Assembly (NCBI GenBank): GCA_002724635.1
Contig: PBPM01000086.1
Location: 13,772-45,771, forward strand
From: Rhodospirillaceae bacterium
GTDB taxonomy: Bacteria; Pseudomonadota; Alphaproteobacteria; UBA6615
Length of the DNA: 32,000 bases
Direction of reading: 5' to 3'
Positions within the stretch are counted from its first letter, which is position 1. Each line of letters starts with the position of its first letter. The notes under the pieces are model-generated. The model was not told the DNA's origin and searched no databases. It worked only from the letters and a program-made list of their open reading frames with translations. Of this stretch, positions 1 through 9,736 are shown in pieces. Made by a program: the position numbers and the translations under genes.

Positions 1-584
1 TCGCGGCGGAGGTGGCGCGCGGTCTACCTACCGCGGTCACCCTCGCAAGCGCCAGTGCCGATACGACAGCAGTGCTGGCAGGCGCACTGGGTACGCCATC
101 GTTCCGCCCCTATACCGCAAGTGACCTGGTCGGCGCCGAGGTCGGGGGCGCGCTCAAGAACGTGATCGAGATCGCCTGCGGCATCGTCGAGGGGCGCACG
201 CTCGGACAGAATGCACGCGCCGCCATCATTGCGCGCGGCCTGGCGGAAATCGCCCGCTTTGCCAGTGCCCTCGGCGCCGATCCACGCACCCTGATGGGCT
301 TGTCGGGGTTAGGCGACCTCACCCTGACCTGCACGTCGACGGCATCGCGCAACTATTCTCTCGGCGCCGCACTCGGCAACGGCGCGAGTTACGCCGAGGC
401 AATAGCGGGAAAGGACTCAGTCGCCGAGGGCGCAACGACGGCGCCTGCCGTCCTCACCCGGGCCGCGGCACTTGGGGTGGAGATGCCGATCTGCGCGGCG
501 GTCACAGCCATCCTCTACGATGGCGCCAGCGTTGAGGAAACCATCACCGAAATCCTGGCGCGTCCGCTGCGCGCCGAGGATTAA
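1..584 (+). CDS. gpsA: NAD(P)H-dependent glycerol-3-phosphate dehydrogenase, C-terminal part (5' end outside the window)
   Basis: The frame is open from the window edge. GAEVGGALKNVIEIACGIVEG and LGDLTLTCTSTASRNYSLGAALG match conserved GpsA C-terminal blocks. GC3 is high. Confidence 0.9.
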   Translation, partial: AAEVARGLPTAVTLASASADTTAVLAGALGTPSFRPYTASDLVGAEVGGALKNVIEIACGIVEGRTLGQNARAAIIARGLAEIARFASALGADPRTLMGLSGLGDLTLTCTSTASRNYSLGAALGNGASYAEAIAGKDSVAEGATTAPAVLTRAAALGVEMPICAAVTAILYDGASVEETITEILARPLRAED

Positions 585-734
585 ACGTCGCCTCCCGATC
601 TGACCTAAACCCGGCCGGACGAGAGTAACTTTTCGCTAAACCTCGGTCTGAGATAACTCAGCGCCCAGATATAACAAAAACTGACGCCTCGGCGCAGTTT
701 GCGCGGGCCGAGCGATCTGGTAAAGGCTGGCCAG

Positions 735-1127
735 ATGAACGACTTCACCTTCGATCCAGACACGCCTGTGATGCGAGGTGCTCGCAGGGTCCTGTGTCAC
801 GCCAACGACATCGGCGAGGGCGGGAAGGGCTTCGTCCTGCGCCACGCCCATGAGGACAACCCGAACGCGACGCTGCCGATTTTCGTCATCGCCAGCGACG
901 GCGAGCTCTATTGCTATATGAACATGTGCCCACATCAGGGCACGCCACTTGAGCTCAAGCCCGACACCTTCCTCAGCGTTGATCGCAAGCTGATCCAGTG
1001 CTCGACTCACTGGGCAATGTTCCGCAAGGAGGATGGCTACTGCGTAAAGGGCCCCTGCGTAGGCAAGACCCTTAGAGCCTTTCCGGTCATGATAGACGAC
1101 GATGGGATGGTCCTGTTCGGCGACTAG
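735..1127 (+). CDS. Rieske (2Fe-2S) domain protein
   Basis: CPHQG followed 21 residues later by CSTH gives the Rieske CxH...CxxH ligand pattern. I prefer the ATG at 735 over the TTG at 699 listed in the ORF track. Confidence 0.8.
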   Translation: MNDFTFDPDTPVMRGARRVLCHANDIGEGGKGFVLRHAHEDNPNATLPIFVIASDGELYCYMNMCPHQGTPLELKPDTFLSVDRKLIQCSTHWAMFRKEDGYCVKGPCVGKTLRAFPVMIDDDGMVLFGD

Positions 1128-1298
1128 TGTAGCAAGAAGAACGATGCATCCCGGCGGTTGCTGCGGTTGTCTGACCCCGCCGATTTTCCGATAATGCGGT
1201 ACAGCGAAGCGGGCGGCGCCCAACCCGTCCATGGGGGGACGGATCGAGGGCGCGGAAAACGCCGGATAAGATGATCAGACGAGGGGAGAGCACACGCC

Positions 1299-3242
1299 AT
1301 GTTCCGCGAAAAGTTTCCCGTCCCGGATGCGTGGGCAAGCCGCGCCTGGGCCGACAACACCAAGTATCAGGAAATGTACCAGCGCTCGATCAAAGACCCG
1401 GACGGATTCTGGGGTGAGCAGGGCCAACGCCTTCAGTGGATCAAGCCCTTCACCAAGGTCAGCGACGTCTCCTATGACGCTGACGATCTGCATGTGAAGT
1501 GGTATTATGACGGTATCCTCAACGCGTCGGCCAACTGCATCGACCGGCACTTGGCCACTCGCGGCGACCAGACGGCGATCATCTGGGAGGGTGACGACCC
1601 CAAGGACGATGCTAAGCTCACCTACAAAGATTTGCACGAACGGGTCTGCCGCTTCGCCAATGGGCTGAAGTCTCTGGGCGTCCAGAAGGGCGACCGAGTT
1701 ACCATCTACATGCCAATGACTCCCGAAATCGCGATCGCCATGCTGGCCTGCGCGCGCATCGGCGCGGTGCATTCGGTCGTCTTCGGCGGCTTCTCGCCAG
1801 ACTCCATCGCGGGTCGCATCCAAGACTGCGATTCGACCCTGGTCATCACCTCCGACGAGGGCCTGCGCGGCGGGCGCACCATCCCCCTCAAGAACAATGT
1901 CGACCAAGCGATCGCGAAGCTGCCCGGCGGACAAGTCTCGACCGTGGTGGTCGTGAACCGCACCGGCGCCGACATCAACTGGGTCGAGGGGCGCGATATC
2001 TGGTACCACGAGTTGTGCGAGGCCCAGTCCGCCGACTGCGCGCCGGAGCCGATGAACGCGGAGGACCCGCTATTCATTCTCTATACCTCGGGCTCGACCG
2101 GGAAACCCAAGGGCGTGCTGCACACGACTGGCGGCTACATGGTCTACGCCTCGATGACCCACCAGTATGTATTCGACTATCACGACGGTGACATCTATTG
2201 GTGCACGGCCGACTGTGGCTGGATCACCGGCCACAGCTACATCGTCTACGGGCCGCTTGCGAACGGAGCGACGACGCTGATCTTCGAGGGCCTGCCTAAC
2301 TACCCGGACGCATCGCGCCACTGGGAGGTCTGCGACAAGCACAAAGTCAATATCTACTACACCGCCCCGACCGCGATCCGGGCGCTGATGCGCGAGGGCG
2401 ACGACCCAGTGAAGAAAACATCGCGCGAGTCCATCCGCCTGCTCGGGACGGTGGGCGAGCCGATCAACCCGGAGGCCTGGCACTGGTATCACGAGGTGGT
2501 CGGCGACGACCGATGCCCTATCGTCGACACTTGGTGGCAGACCGAGACCGGTGGGATTCTAATCACGCCGCTGCCCGGCGCTACCATGCTCAAGCCAGGC
2601 TCGGCGACCCGCCCCTTCTTTGGCATTCTCCCGGTGATTGTCGACGCCGAAGGCAAAGAGCTCGACGGCGCGTGCGAGGGCAACCTATGCATGGCCGGCA
2701 GTTGGCCGGGCCAGATGCGCACGGTCTATGGCGACCATCAGCGGTTCATAGATACCTACTTCAAGACCTATCCTGGCATGTATTTCACCGGAGATGGCTG
2801 CCGACGCGACGAGGACGGCTACTACTGGATCACTGGCCGGGTCGACGACGTCATCAATGTCTCGGGCCACCGGATGGGCACAGCCGAGATAGAGAGCGCG
2901 CTGGTCGAGCATGACGACGTTGCCGAGGCAGCAGTCGTCGGCTACCCGCACGACATCAAGGGCCAAGGCATCTACGCCTATGTCACCCTAAAGCTGGGGG
3001 TCGACGGAACCGACGATCTGCGCGCCGAGCTGGTGCAGTTCGTGCGCAAGGAGATCGGCCCCATCGCCACGCCCGACCTTCTGCAGTGGGCACCGGCACT
3101 TCCGAAGACCCGCTCGGGCAAGATCATGCGACGAATCCTACGCAAAATCGCCGAGAACGCGCCCGACCAGCTCGGCGATACCTCTACACTTGCCGACCCG
3201 GCCGTCGTCGAAGACCTCGTCGAGAACCGCCAGAACCGCTAG
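1299..3242 (+). CDS. acs: acetyl-CoA synthetase
   Basis: 647 aa. It has the AMP-binding motif [19 protein letters not shown] and the C-terminal [11 protein letters not shown], and is collinear with Acs over its full length. Confidence 0.97.
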   Translation: MFREKFPVPDAWASRAWADNTKYQEMYQRSIKDPDGFWGEQGQRLQWIKPFTKVSDVSYDADDLHVKWYYDGILNASANCIDRHLATRGDQTAIIWEGDDPKDDAKLTYKDLHERVCRFANGLKSLGVQKGDRVTIYMPMTPEIAIAMLACARIGAVHSVVFGGFSPDSIAGRIQDCDSTLVITSDEGLRGGRTIPLKNNVDQAIAKLPGGQVSTVVVVNRTGADINWVEGRDIWYHELCEAQSADCAPEPMNAEDPLFILYTSGSTGKPKGVLHTTGGYMVYASMTHQYVFDYHDGDIYWCTADCGWITGHSYIVYGPLANGATTLIFEGLPNYPDASRHWEVCDKHKVNIYYTAPTAIRALMREGDDPVKKTSRESIRLLGTVGEPINPEAWHWYHEVVGDDRCPIVDTWWQTETGGILITPLPGATMLKPGSATRPFFGILPVIVDAEGKELDGACEGNLCMAGSWPGQMRTVYGDHQRFIDTYFKTYPGMYFTGDGCRRDEDGYYWITGRVDDVINVSGHRMGTAEIESALVEHDDVAEAAVVGYPHDIKGQGIYAYVTLKLGVDGTDDLRAELVQFVRKEIGPIATPDLLQWAPALPKTRSGKIMRRILRKIAENAPDQLGDTSTLADPAVVEDLVENRQNR

Positions 3243-3660
3243 GAACCAAGTTTCTTACAGATTTTCATGGCGGAGTTCGCCGTCGATGCCGAGCTCGGCA
3301 TCCGTTCCCCGATGATCGCCCGGATCGGGTCGGCACCTACAAAACCGGTGAAAGCATCGAGCACAGCGCTCAGTGTCGCGCCCGCGCGCACCACATCCTC
3401 GTTGCCGATGCCGGTCAACGCGACAAAATAGTCCGACAGCTACGGATTGATCGTCGGGCGGACGAGGATCGAGAAGGCGTCAACTTCGACGAAGCCGTTG
3501 CCGGCATCGAGACTCGCCGCATGGATCTGGACGTTCTCGTATAACTGTCCCGGTTCCGACCAGCCGCTTTCGAATGCGCCCTCCCAAGACGTGTATCAAG
3601 GTCCGCGACGACTAAGATGCCTGCCGCAGGTACGGCGGCGTTCCGGCTATCGGCGATATT
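3242..3660 (-). pseudogene. decayed DEDD-type 3'-5' exonuclease (KapD/ERI-1-like) remnant
   Basis: Minus-strand translation reads GILVVADL[E], then a frameshift, then YTSWEGAFESGWSEPG...FSILVRPTINP*LSDYFVALTGIGNEDV...LDAFTGFVG. One nucleotide is missing in the expected DLE codon run (gaccttga-tac, about 3596-3603). There is an in-frame TAG at 3440-3442, no start codon, and the C-terminal half is missing. Confidence 0.6.
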
Positions 3661-3681
3661 CGAGTGCAGGTGGAGCGCAGG

Positions 3682-3930
3682 TCAAAAGTCGACGCAGCGG
3701 CCGCCGCGTTCCCAGTCACCAAAACGAGTCGGCTCCGGTCCCTTGGGGCCGCCAAACTCTTTTGGCGCATCCTGCGGGGACGCATCATCGCTGGCCGCCT
3801 CGGATGCGGCCGTTTCTGCCCCATTTTCGCCGGATTTCAGTGTTGGTTTCTGCCCGCCCGGCACGTGGACACGGTACTGGGATGCCGCGGGCTCCCGCAG
3901 CTCGGGGGCGATATCATGTTCGTCGGACAT
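3682..3930 (-). CDS. DUF1674 protein (SDHAF4-like succinate dehydrogenase assembly factor family)
   Basis: The C-terminus FGGPKGPEPTRFGDWERGGRCVDF is the DUF1674 signature. The likely start is the ATG at 3930 (MSDEHD...), with an alternative at 3948. Confidence 0.82.
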   Translation of the reverse strand: MSDEHDIAPELREPAASQYRVHVPGGQKPTLKSGENGAETAASEAASDDASPQDAPKEFGGPKGPEPTRFGDWERGGRCVDF

Positions 3931-4046
3931 GGGAGTGATATGGAACATCGCGCGCGATTTGCCAAGTGAACGCGCGGGATTGCAAGCGGGCCGCGCGGAC
4001 CCACATCGGTTATTTAACCCACACATTTCAAGGAACAAGCACCCGC

Positions 4047-4994
4047 ATGTCGAACTACTTCCGAACCGCGCTGCTGCTCGCCGCACTGACCGCGATCTTC
4101 ATGGTCGGCGGTTTCCTCTTGGCCGGCCCCCGGGGCATCACCATCGCCTTCGTCGTGGCGGCGGCGATGAACCTGTTCGCCTGGTGGAACTCGGGCAGTG
4201 CCGTCTTGCGATACTACCGGGCCAAAAAACTCAAAGACTCATCTCATCCGCTACACCGCATCGTCGAGCAACTCGCGGTGCGCGACAGGCTGCCCATGCC
4301 GCGAGTCTACGTCGTCGACAACCCCCAACCCAACGCCTTCGCGACCGGCCGCAGCCCGAACAATGCCGCCGTCGCGGCGACCACTGGGCTACTGCAGATG
4401 CTGAACGAGCGCGAGATCGCCGGCGTGATGGCCCACGAGCTTGCTCACGTGAAGAACCGTGACACGCTGATCATGACCATCACCGCCACCTTCGCGGGCG
4501 CGATATCCATGCTGGCGAACGCCGCGCTGTTTCTAGGCGGCAACCGCAACAGCCCGTTCGGGCTCCTCGGTACAATCGCGATGATGATTATAGCCCCGCT
4601 CGCTGCCACGCTGGTGCAGATGTCCATCAGCCGGAACCGCGAGTATCGCGCCGACCGCGAGGGCGCGCTGATCTGCGGCAATCCAGAGTGGCTGGCGAGC
4701 GCGCTGGAAAAGCTAGAGGCCGGGACGAAACACATCGACAATCAGGCTGCGGAGCACAACCCGGCGACGGCGCACATGTTCATCGTCAACCCGCTGCACG
4801 CCCACAAGCACGATAGGCTGTTCTCAACACACCCTAGTACCGCCAACCGCGTGACGCAGTTGCGGGAAATGTTGGAAAAACAGTTGGTTGCGACACCCGA
4901 ACCGGCCGCGCCGCCCTGTCCCTGGTCCGCGACTACGCCCCGCGGGCACAAGGGATCGGTTCCCCGTTCGGGACACCACCGGATACGAAAATGA
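4047..4994 (+). CDS. htpX: M48 family zinc protease HtpX
   Basis: Starts [15 protein letters not shown] at the ATG at 4047. It has the [10 protein letters not shown] (HExxH) zinc motif, multiple TM segments, and NPLHAH...STHPS near the C-terminus. Confidence 0.92.
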   Translation: MSNYFRTALLLAALTAIFMVGGFLLAGPRGITIAFVVAAAMNLFAWWNSGSAVLRYYRAKKLKDSSHPLHRIVEQLAVRDRLPMPRVYVVDNPQPNAFATGRSPNNAAVAATTGLLQMLNEREIAGVMAHELAHVKNRDTLIMTITATFAGAISMLANAALFLGGNRNSPFGLLGTIAMMIIAPLAATLVQMSISRNREYRADREGALICGNPEWLASALEKLEAGTKHIDNQAAEHNPATAHMFIVNPLHAHKHDRLFSTHPSTANRVTQLREMLEKQLVATPEPAAPPCPWSATTPRGHKGSVPRSGHHRIRK

Positions 4995-5043
4995 CGCCAC
5001 GTGCAGGTGAAAACCCCCAAAATCTAGATGAATCGTCAACAGA

Positions 5044-5052
5044 ATATCCACA
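5044..5052 (+). promoter_or_regulatory. DnaA-box-like 9-mer ATATCCACA upstream of gcrA
   Basis: It matches the TTATCCACA consensus at 8 of 9 positions and lies about 125 nt upstream of the gcrA ATG. A GANTC site (GAATC, 5030-5034) is adjacent. Confidence 0.3.
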
Positions 5053-5177
5053 TATTGGGGGGGCCACAGCATTTTGTGAGCTTGCCACTATATTCCCACA
5101 TGATCTAGGCTCCACCACGGGATCAGGGTTGCTGCTATCGACCCGTGTGGCAATAAGAGAAGAACAGGAAACCAGAG

Positions 5178-5651
5178 ATGTCATGGACTGACGAACGGGT
5201 AACGATGTTACGTGATTTGTGGGCCAAGGGGCTGAGCGCCAGCCAGATCGCGGTGCAGCTGGGCGGGGTGACTCGCAACGCCGTGATTGGCAAGGCGCAT
5301 CGTCTCGGCCTCGAGAGCCGGCCATCACCCATCCGCGGAAACGGCACCGGATCGCGCCGGCGCAACCGGGCCATCGACCGGGCGCTCGAGGCCAAGGCCT
5401 TGCGCGGCACAATGGCAGACGAGGAAATCGGCGGCGAGAAGGTGGTCCCCGACGGCGGCACACGCGTCGACGAGATGCCGATCCCACCACTAGCACGGCG
5501 CGGCGGCGAGGTGTCGGAATGCCTGTGGCCGATCGGCGACCCCGGCAACGAGGACTTTGGCTTCTGCCAAGCCGACACCGTGCCGGGACGGCCCTACTGC
5601 GCCAAACATTGCGCGGTGGCCTATATCCGCAAGGATAAGTCGGCCGCCTGA
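5178..5651 (+). CDS. gcrA: cell-cycle transcriptional regulator GcrA
   Basis: The N-terminus MSWTDERVTMLRDLWAKGLSASQIAVQLGGVTRNAVIGKAHRLGL and the C-terminus CLWPIGDP...FCQADTVPGRPYCAKHCAVAY are the conserved GcrA blocks. Confidence 0.93.
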   Translation: MSWTDERVTMLRDLWAKGLSASQIAVQLGGVTRNAVIGKAHRLGLESRPSPIRGNGTGSRRRNRAIDRALEAKALRGTMADEEIGGEKVVPDGGTRVDEMPIPPLARRGGEVSECLWPIGDPGNEDFGFCQADTVPGRPYCAKHCAVAYIRKDKSAA

Positions 5652-5676
5652 TCATTACATATGTTTCAGGTTCCGG

Positions 5677-5704
5677 CCGCAGCGGGTCTGATGACCGGCT
5701 GCGG
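5677..5704 (+). terminator. candidate intrinsic terminator after gcrA
   Basis: Hairpin CCGCAGCGGGTC-tgat-GACCGGCTGCGG with a 12-bp stem and one mismatch, followed by tcgaactttgtttggg. The T-tract is weak. Confidence 0.45.
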
Positions 5705-5732
5705 TCGAACTTTGTTTGGGACATAAAGCGCC

Positions 5733-7031
5733 ATGTCTGATTCCCGCACCGCCGCCTGCCAGATCCTCGACGCCGTCCTAGACAACGGCAAACCGCTCGA
5801 CACGATCCTCGCCGGCGACCGAACCCTCGCAAAGCTGGACGCGCGCGACCGGGCACAGGCGCGGCGGATCATTGCCATGGTATTGCGCCGGTTGGGCGAG
5901 ATCGATGCCCAAATCGCCGATTGCCTTGACCGCCCGCTCGCCGGGCGCCACGCCCGGGTGCGCAACATTCTGCGGGTGGGCACGGCCGAGCTGCTGTTCC
6001 TCAAGACCCCGGCCCATGCCGCCGTCGATGCCGCGGTGCATCAGGCGGCGCGATACCGGCGCGGCGCCTTCAAGGGCCTGGTGAATGCGGTGCTGCGGCG
6101 CATCGGTCGCAAACCTGAGAGCCGTGAGAGCACACACGCCCCCGGCGAGATCAACACGCCGGACTGGATGCTGACGCGCTGGCGCGAGATCTACGGCGCC
6201 GACACCGCGCGCGAAATCACCGATGCACATTTGGTCGAGCCACCCCTCGACCTGACCCTGTCGAAGCGCGCCGACCCGGCGGAATGGGCAGCTAAGCTCG
6301 ATGCCGAGATTCTACCCGGCGGCACCCTGCGCCGGAAAACGGGTGGGCGGGTCGCCGAGCTGCCGGGCTTCGAAGACGGTATCTGGTGGGTCCAGGACGT
6401 CGCCGCTTCCCTGCCAGCCAAATTGCTGCGCAACGACGCCGAGGCCCGGGTGATCGACCTGTGCGCCGCGCCGGGCGGCAAGACCTTGCAGTTAACCGAC
6501 CGGGGGGCCGCGGTCACGGCGGTCGACATCTCAACCGGCCGGGGCGCGGCGTTGCAGGAGAACCTCGCCCGCACGGGTCTCAAGGCCAAGATTGTCTGCG
6601 CCGACGCCAGCCAATGGCACCCCGACCAGCTCGTCGACGCAGTGCTGCTCGACGCGCCCTGTACCGCGACCGGAACCATCCGCCGCCACCCCGACATTCT
6701 GTGGCGCAGGCACGCGGGCGATATCACCAGTGCGACCAGGCTCCAAGACCGCCTACTGAACGCAGCGATCAGCATGGTCGCGCCCGGCGGCACGATCGTC
6801 TACACGGTCTGCTCACTCGAACCGGAAGAGGGCACCGCCCGCATCGAGGCACTGCTTGCCTCGGGGGCGCCGGTCACGCTGGACCCGATTTCGCCCGACG
6901 AATGGCCCGAACTCGACGGCCTCGACCCGGCGGCGATCACCCCAGCCGGTACCCTGCGGACCCTGCCCTGCCACTGGTCCGAGCGCGGCGGCATGGACGG
7001 GTTTTTTGCCACCCGGCTGATAAGGAACTAG
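5733..7031 (+). CDS. rsmB: 16S rRNA (cytosine-C5)-methyltransferase, RsmB/Sun family
   Basis: It has an N-terminal NusB-like region, the SAM motif DLCAAPGGKT, and the catalytic blocks LDAPCTATGTIRRHPD and YTVCSLEPEE. Confidence 0.88.
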   Translation: MSDSRTAACQILDAVLDNGKPLDTILAGDRTLAKLDARDRAQARRIIAMVLRRLGEIDAQIADCLDRPLAGRHARVRNILRVGTAELLFLKTPAHAAVDAAVHQAARYRRGAFKGLVNAVLRRIGRKPESRESTHAPGEINTPDWMLTRWREIYGADTAREITDAHLVEPPLDLTLSKRADPAEWAAKLDAEILPGGTLRRKTGGRVAELPGFEDGIWWVQDVAASLPAKLLRNDAEARVIDLCAAPGGKTLQLTDRGAAVTAVDISTGRGAALQENLARTGLKAKIVCADASQWHPDQLVDAVLLDAPCTATGTIRRHPDILWRRHAGDITSATRLQDRLLNAAISMVAPGGTIVYTVCSLEPEEGTARIEALLASGAPVTLDPISPDEWPELDGLDPAAITPAGTLRTLPCHWSERGGMDGFFATRLIRN

Positions 7032-7079
7032 CCGGCCTCGCAGCTTGCGGCGCAGTCTGCAAATCGGTTACCAGACCTC

Positions 7080-7772
7080 ATGGCTTCCTTGTCAAAGGCG
7101 GCGCAAGTCCGCATCGCACCTTCGATCCTAGCGGCCGATTTCGCGAAGCTGGGCGAAGAGGTTCGCGCCGTCGCCGCTGCGGGCGCCGACTTTATCCACA
7201 TCGATATCATGGACGGGCATTTCGTCCCCAACCTGACCATCGGGCCCAGCGTGGTGAAGGCGCTACGACCGCATTGCGACCTACCCTTCGACGTGCATCT
7301 GATGATTAGTCCGGTCGATTATATGCTCGAACCGTTCGCCGAAGCGGGTGCGGATGTAATCTCGCTGCACCCCGAGGCCGGCCCTCACCTGCATCGCTCC
7401 CTGCAGACCATTCGCAGCCTCGGCAAGAAGGCTGGAGTCGCGCTCAACCCCGCGACGCCAGTCGCGGTGGTCGACGAGGTGATGGACATGGTCGACCTGA
7501 TCCTAGTGATGAGCGTCAACCCGGGATTCGGCGGCCAAATCTTCATTGAGAGCCAGCTCGACAAGATCTCGGCTCTGCGTGCGCGCATTAACGCCCATAC
7601 GGCGGCGGGCGGCCAGCCCATCGATCTGGAGGTCGACGGCGGCATCGACCGCGAGACGGCGCCGCGCGCGATCGCGGCGGGCGCGGACGTCCTAGTTGCG
7701 GGTACCGCAACCTTCCGCGGCGGCCCCGATGCCTATGCCGACAATATCGCCGCTATACGAGGCAACGGTTGA
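7080..7772 (+). CDS. rpe: ribulose-phosphate 3-epimerase
   Basis: [45 protein letters not shown] and EVDGGI are present. Confidence 0.95.
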   Translation: MASLSKAAQVRIAPSILAADFAKLGEEVRAVAAAGADFIHIDIMDGHFVPNLTIGPSVVKALRPHCDLPFDVHLMISPVDYMLEPFAEAGADVISLHPEAGPHLHRSLQTIRSLGKKAGVALNPATPVAVVDEVMDMVDLILVMSVNPGFGGQIFIESQLDKISALRARINAHTAAGGQPIDLEVDGGIDRETAPRAIAAGADVLVAGTATFRGGPDAYADNIAAIRGNG

Positions 7773-9427
7773 CCGGCAACGTCTTTCAGGACCTGCGCTA
7801 CGGCGTCGGCAAGCTTCTCTACGCCTCGCCTGTCTATCGCTATACCCTCATCGGACGCGCGCCCAGCGAACTCGCGGTCGTGCCCCCGGATTCATGGCCC
7901 GGCAACGCCGAACGCGGTACCGCCGTCTCGGCGGGCGAATGGTCCTTCCTCGGCGAGACAGTGCGCAGCAGCAAGCATGACTGGCGTCCGGTCGGTATGA
8001 GTGACGCCTGGCTCGCGGAACTGCACGGCTTCGACTGGCTGCGCGACCTGCGCGCAGTCGGCGGTGATGCCGCCCGGCGGCGCGCACGCGATCTGGTCAG
8101 GGACTGGATCGAGAACCAGGCCAGCTGGCAGGAGATCGTCTGGCGTCCGGACGTCTTGGCCACGCGCCTCTTCGCCTGGCTCGGCCAGCACGATTTCTTC
8201 TGCGCATCAGCTGACGACGACTACCGGCAGCGCTACCTGGCAACCATCGCGCGCCAGGCGCGTCATCTGGGGCGCGTCCTGCCGGGCGGGGTCGAGGGCG
8301 ACGGGCTGATCCGCGCGGCCAAGGGGCTGACGATGGCCGGCCTCGCGCTGCCTGGCAACGAAGCCGCGATCCGCCAAGGCCTGAAGACACTCGAGCGTGC
8401 CTGCGATCGCCAGATTCTGCCCGATGGCGGCCATGTCTCGAGGAACCCGCAGACTCAGGCGCGCGTACTGCGCGATCTCGTCGATGTGCGCAGCGCCCTT
8501 CTAGCCGCCGAACACGACATCCCAGCCTTCCTGCTCGGCGCCATCGATCGGGCTGCACCCTTCCTGCGTATGCTGCGGCACAATGATGGCCGCCTCGCCC
8601 TGTTCAACGGCAGCGCGGAGAGCGAGGACTGGCTCATCGACATGCTGCTCGCTCAGGCCGATGCGCGAGGGCGGGCGCCGGCAAGCGCGCCGCATACCGG
8701 CTTCGAACGCATTGTTGTTAACCGGACCGTCGTGCTGCTCGACACCGGCGCGCCGCCGCAGGCGGGTCTCGACATCGGGGCGCATGCCGGCACCCTCAGC
8801 GTAGAGGTGTCGATCGGCAAGGAACGCATGATCACTAATTGTGGCGCGCGGCCCGGCAACCGGGATCCGTGGGCGACCGTGCAGCGCTCGTCGGCGGCGC
8901 ACTCAACGATGATCGTCGACGATACCAACTCGTCGGAGCTCCTGGCCGACGGAACCTTCGGGCGCCGGCCCGGATATGTCCGGGTGGACCGCAGCGAGGA
9001 CGAAGGCAATGTTTGGCTGTCGGCGCGCCATGACGGGTATCTGATGGCCTTCGGGCTTGAGCATGAGCGGCGCATCTTCATGGCCGGCGACGGCGACGAC
9101 ATCCGCGGTGAGGACCTGCTCAGCCGGGCCGAAGTTGCCGACAAGACGCGGTCGGCAAAGGGGTTTGCCTTGCGCTTCCACCTGCATCCCGCCGTCCAAG
9201 CCTCGCTCGTCCAAAACGGCTCGTCGGTTCTGCTGCGTCTGCCGAGCGGCGCGGGATGGCGGTTGATCGCCGAGGGCGGAACGGTCTCCCTGGCCGAGAG
9301 CGTCTACCTCGGCGAGATTGAGGAGGTCCGACGGAGCGAGCAAATCGTGGTCTCCGGCGCACTCGAGGCTGGCGTAGATGCCGCGCGGGTTAAATGGGCA
9401 CTTAAGCGGGTGCCAAAAAAGAGCTGA
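7769..9427 (+). CDS. heparinase II/III-like family protein
   Basis: 552 aa. A TTG start overlaps the rpe stop. The block [14 protein letters not shown] and the position downstream of rpe match my recollection of the alphaproteobacterial heparinase II/III-like family. This has not been checked with an HMM. Confidence 0.55.
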   Translation: MTGNVFQDLRYGVGKLLYASPVYRYTLIGRAPSELAVVPPDSWPGNAERGTAVSAGEWSFLGETVRSSKHDWRPVGMSDAWLAELHGFDWLRDLRAVGGDAARRRARDLVRDWIENQASWQEIVWRPDVLATRLFAWLGQHDFFCASADDDYRQRYLATIARQARHLGRVLPGGVEGDGLIRAAKGLTMAGLALPGNEAAIRQGLKTLERACDRQILPDGGHVSRNPQTQARVLRDLVDVRSALLAAEHDIPAFLLGAIDRAAPFLRMLRHNDGRLALFNGSAESEDWLIDMLLAQADARGRAPASAPHTGFERIVVNRTVVLLDTGAPPQAGLDIGAHAGTLSVEVSIGKERMITNCGARPGNRDPWATVQRSSAAHSTMIVDDTNSSELLADGTFGRRPGYVRVDRSEDEGNVWLSARHDGYLMAFGLEHERRIFMAGDGDDIRGEDLLSRAEVADKTRSAKGFALRFHLHPAVQASLVQNGSSVLLRLPSGAGWRLIAEGGTVSLAESVYLGEIEEVRRSEQIVVSGALEAGVDAARVKWALKRVPKKS

Positions 9428-9523
9428 CCTTGCGTCGCGGCACCTAAAACCGCGCCGATCCTTACCGCTCCTTAACCATCCTCGCGTATCATGGCGGCAT
9501 CTGGATCGGTTTTGCAGCCATGA

Positions 9524-9712
9524 GAGTGCAAGGGTGCATTGTCTATAGCCCTGTCGATCAGCGCCGGCTGTTTTATCGGCTTCCATCTCGTCAAACGGCT
9601 CGTCGCGGAGGACGAGCATGTCTGCGCCTTCGTTGAATATGTTTCTTGCGGCTTGTTAGGCCAGCTCGACGGCTACCGCCCGGCCAACTATGAGTTTGCA
9701 AGCATCTTCTAG
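9524..9712 (+). pseudogene. N-terminal remnant of an SDR-type NAD-dependent sugar epimerase/dehydratase
   Basis: The frame after the TGA at 9521 reads ALSIALSISAGCFIGFHLVKRLVAEDEHVCAFVEYVSCGLLGQLDGYRPANYEFASIF*. This resembles xLVTGAGGFIGSHLVxxL...V.AFV.YNS...G.L, but the Gly-rich motif is mutated (ISAGCFIG), there is no Met start, and it stops after about 60 codons. Confidence 0.5.
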
Positions 9713-9736
9713 CCCGGATGCGGCCCCACTCTCCGC

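Noticed and set aside
4933-5856. A 307-aa minus-strand ORF, very Arg/Pro/Gly-rich, overlapping the htpX 3' end and all of gcrA.
   Set aside because: It is a typical shadow ORF of a high-GC genome, antisense to two well-supported genes, with a low-complexity composition and no recognisable domain. The same reasoning applies to 6386-7309(+), 1275-2009(-), 636-1232(-), 8903-9619(-), 3617-4462(+), 17157-17720(-), 18876-19550(-), 20119-20691(-) and 30409-31029(+).
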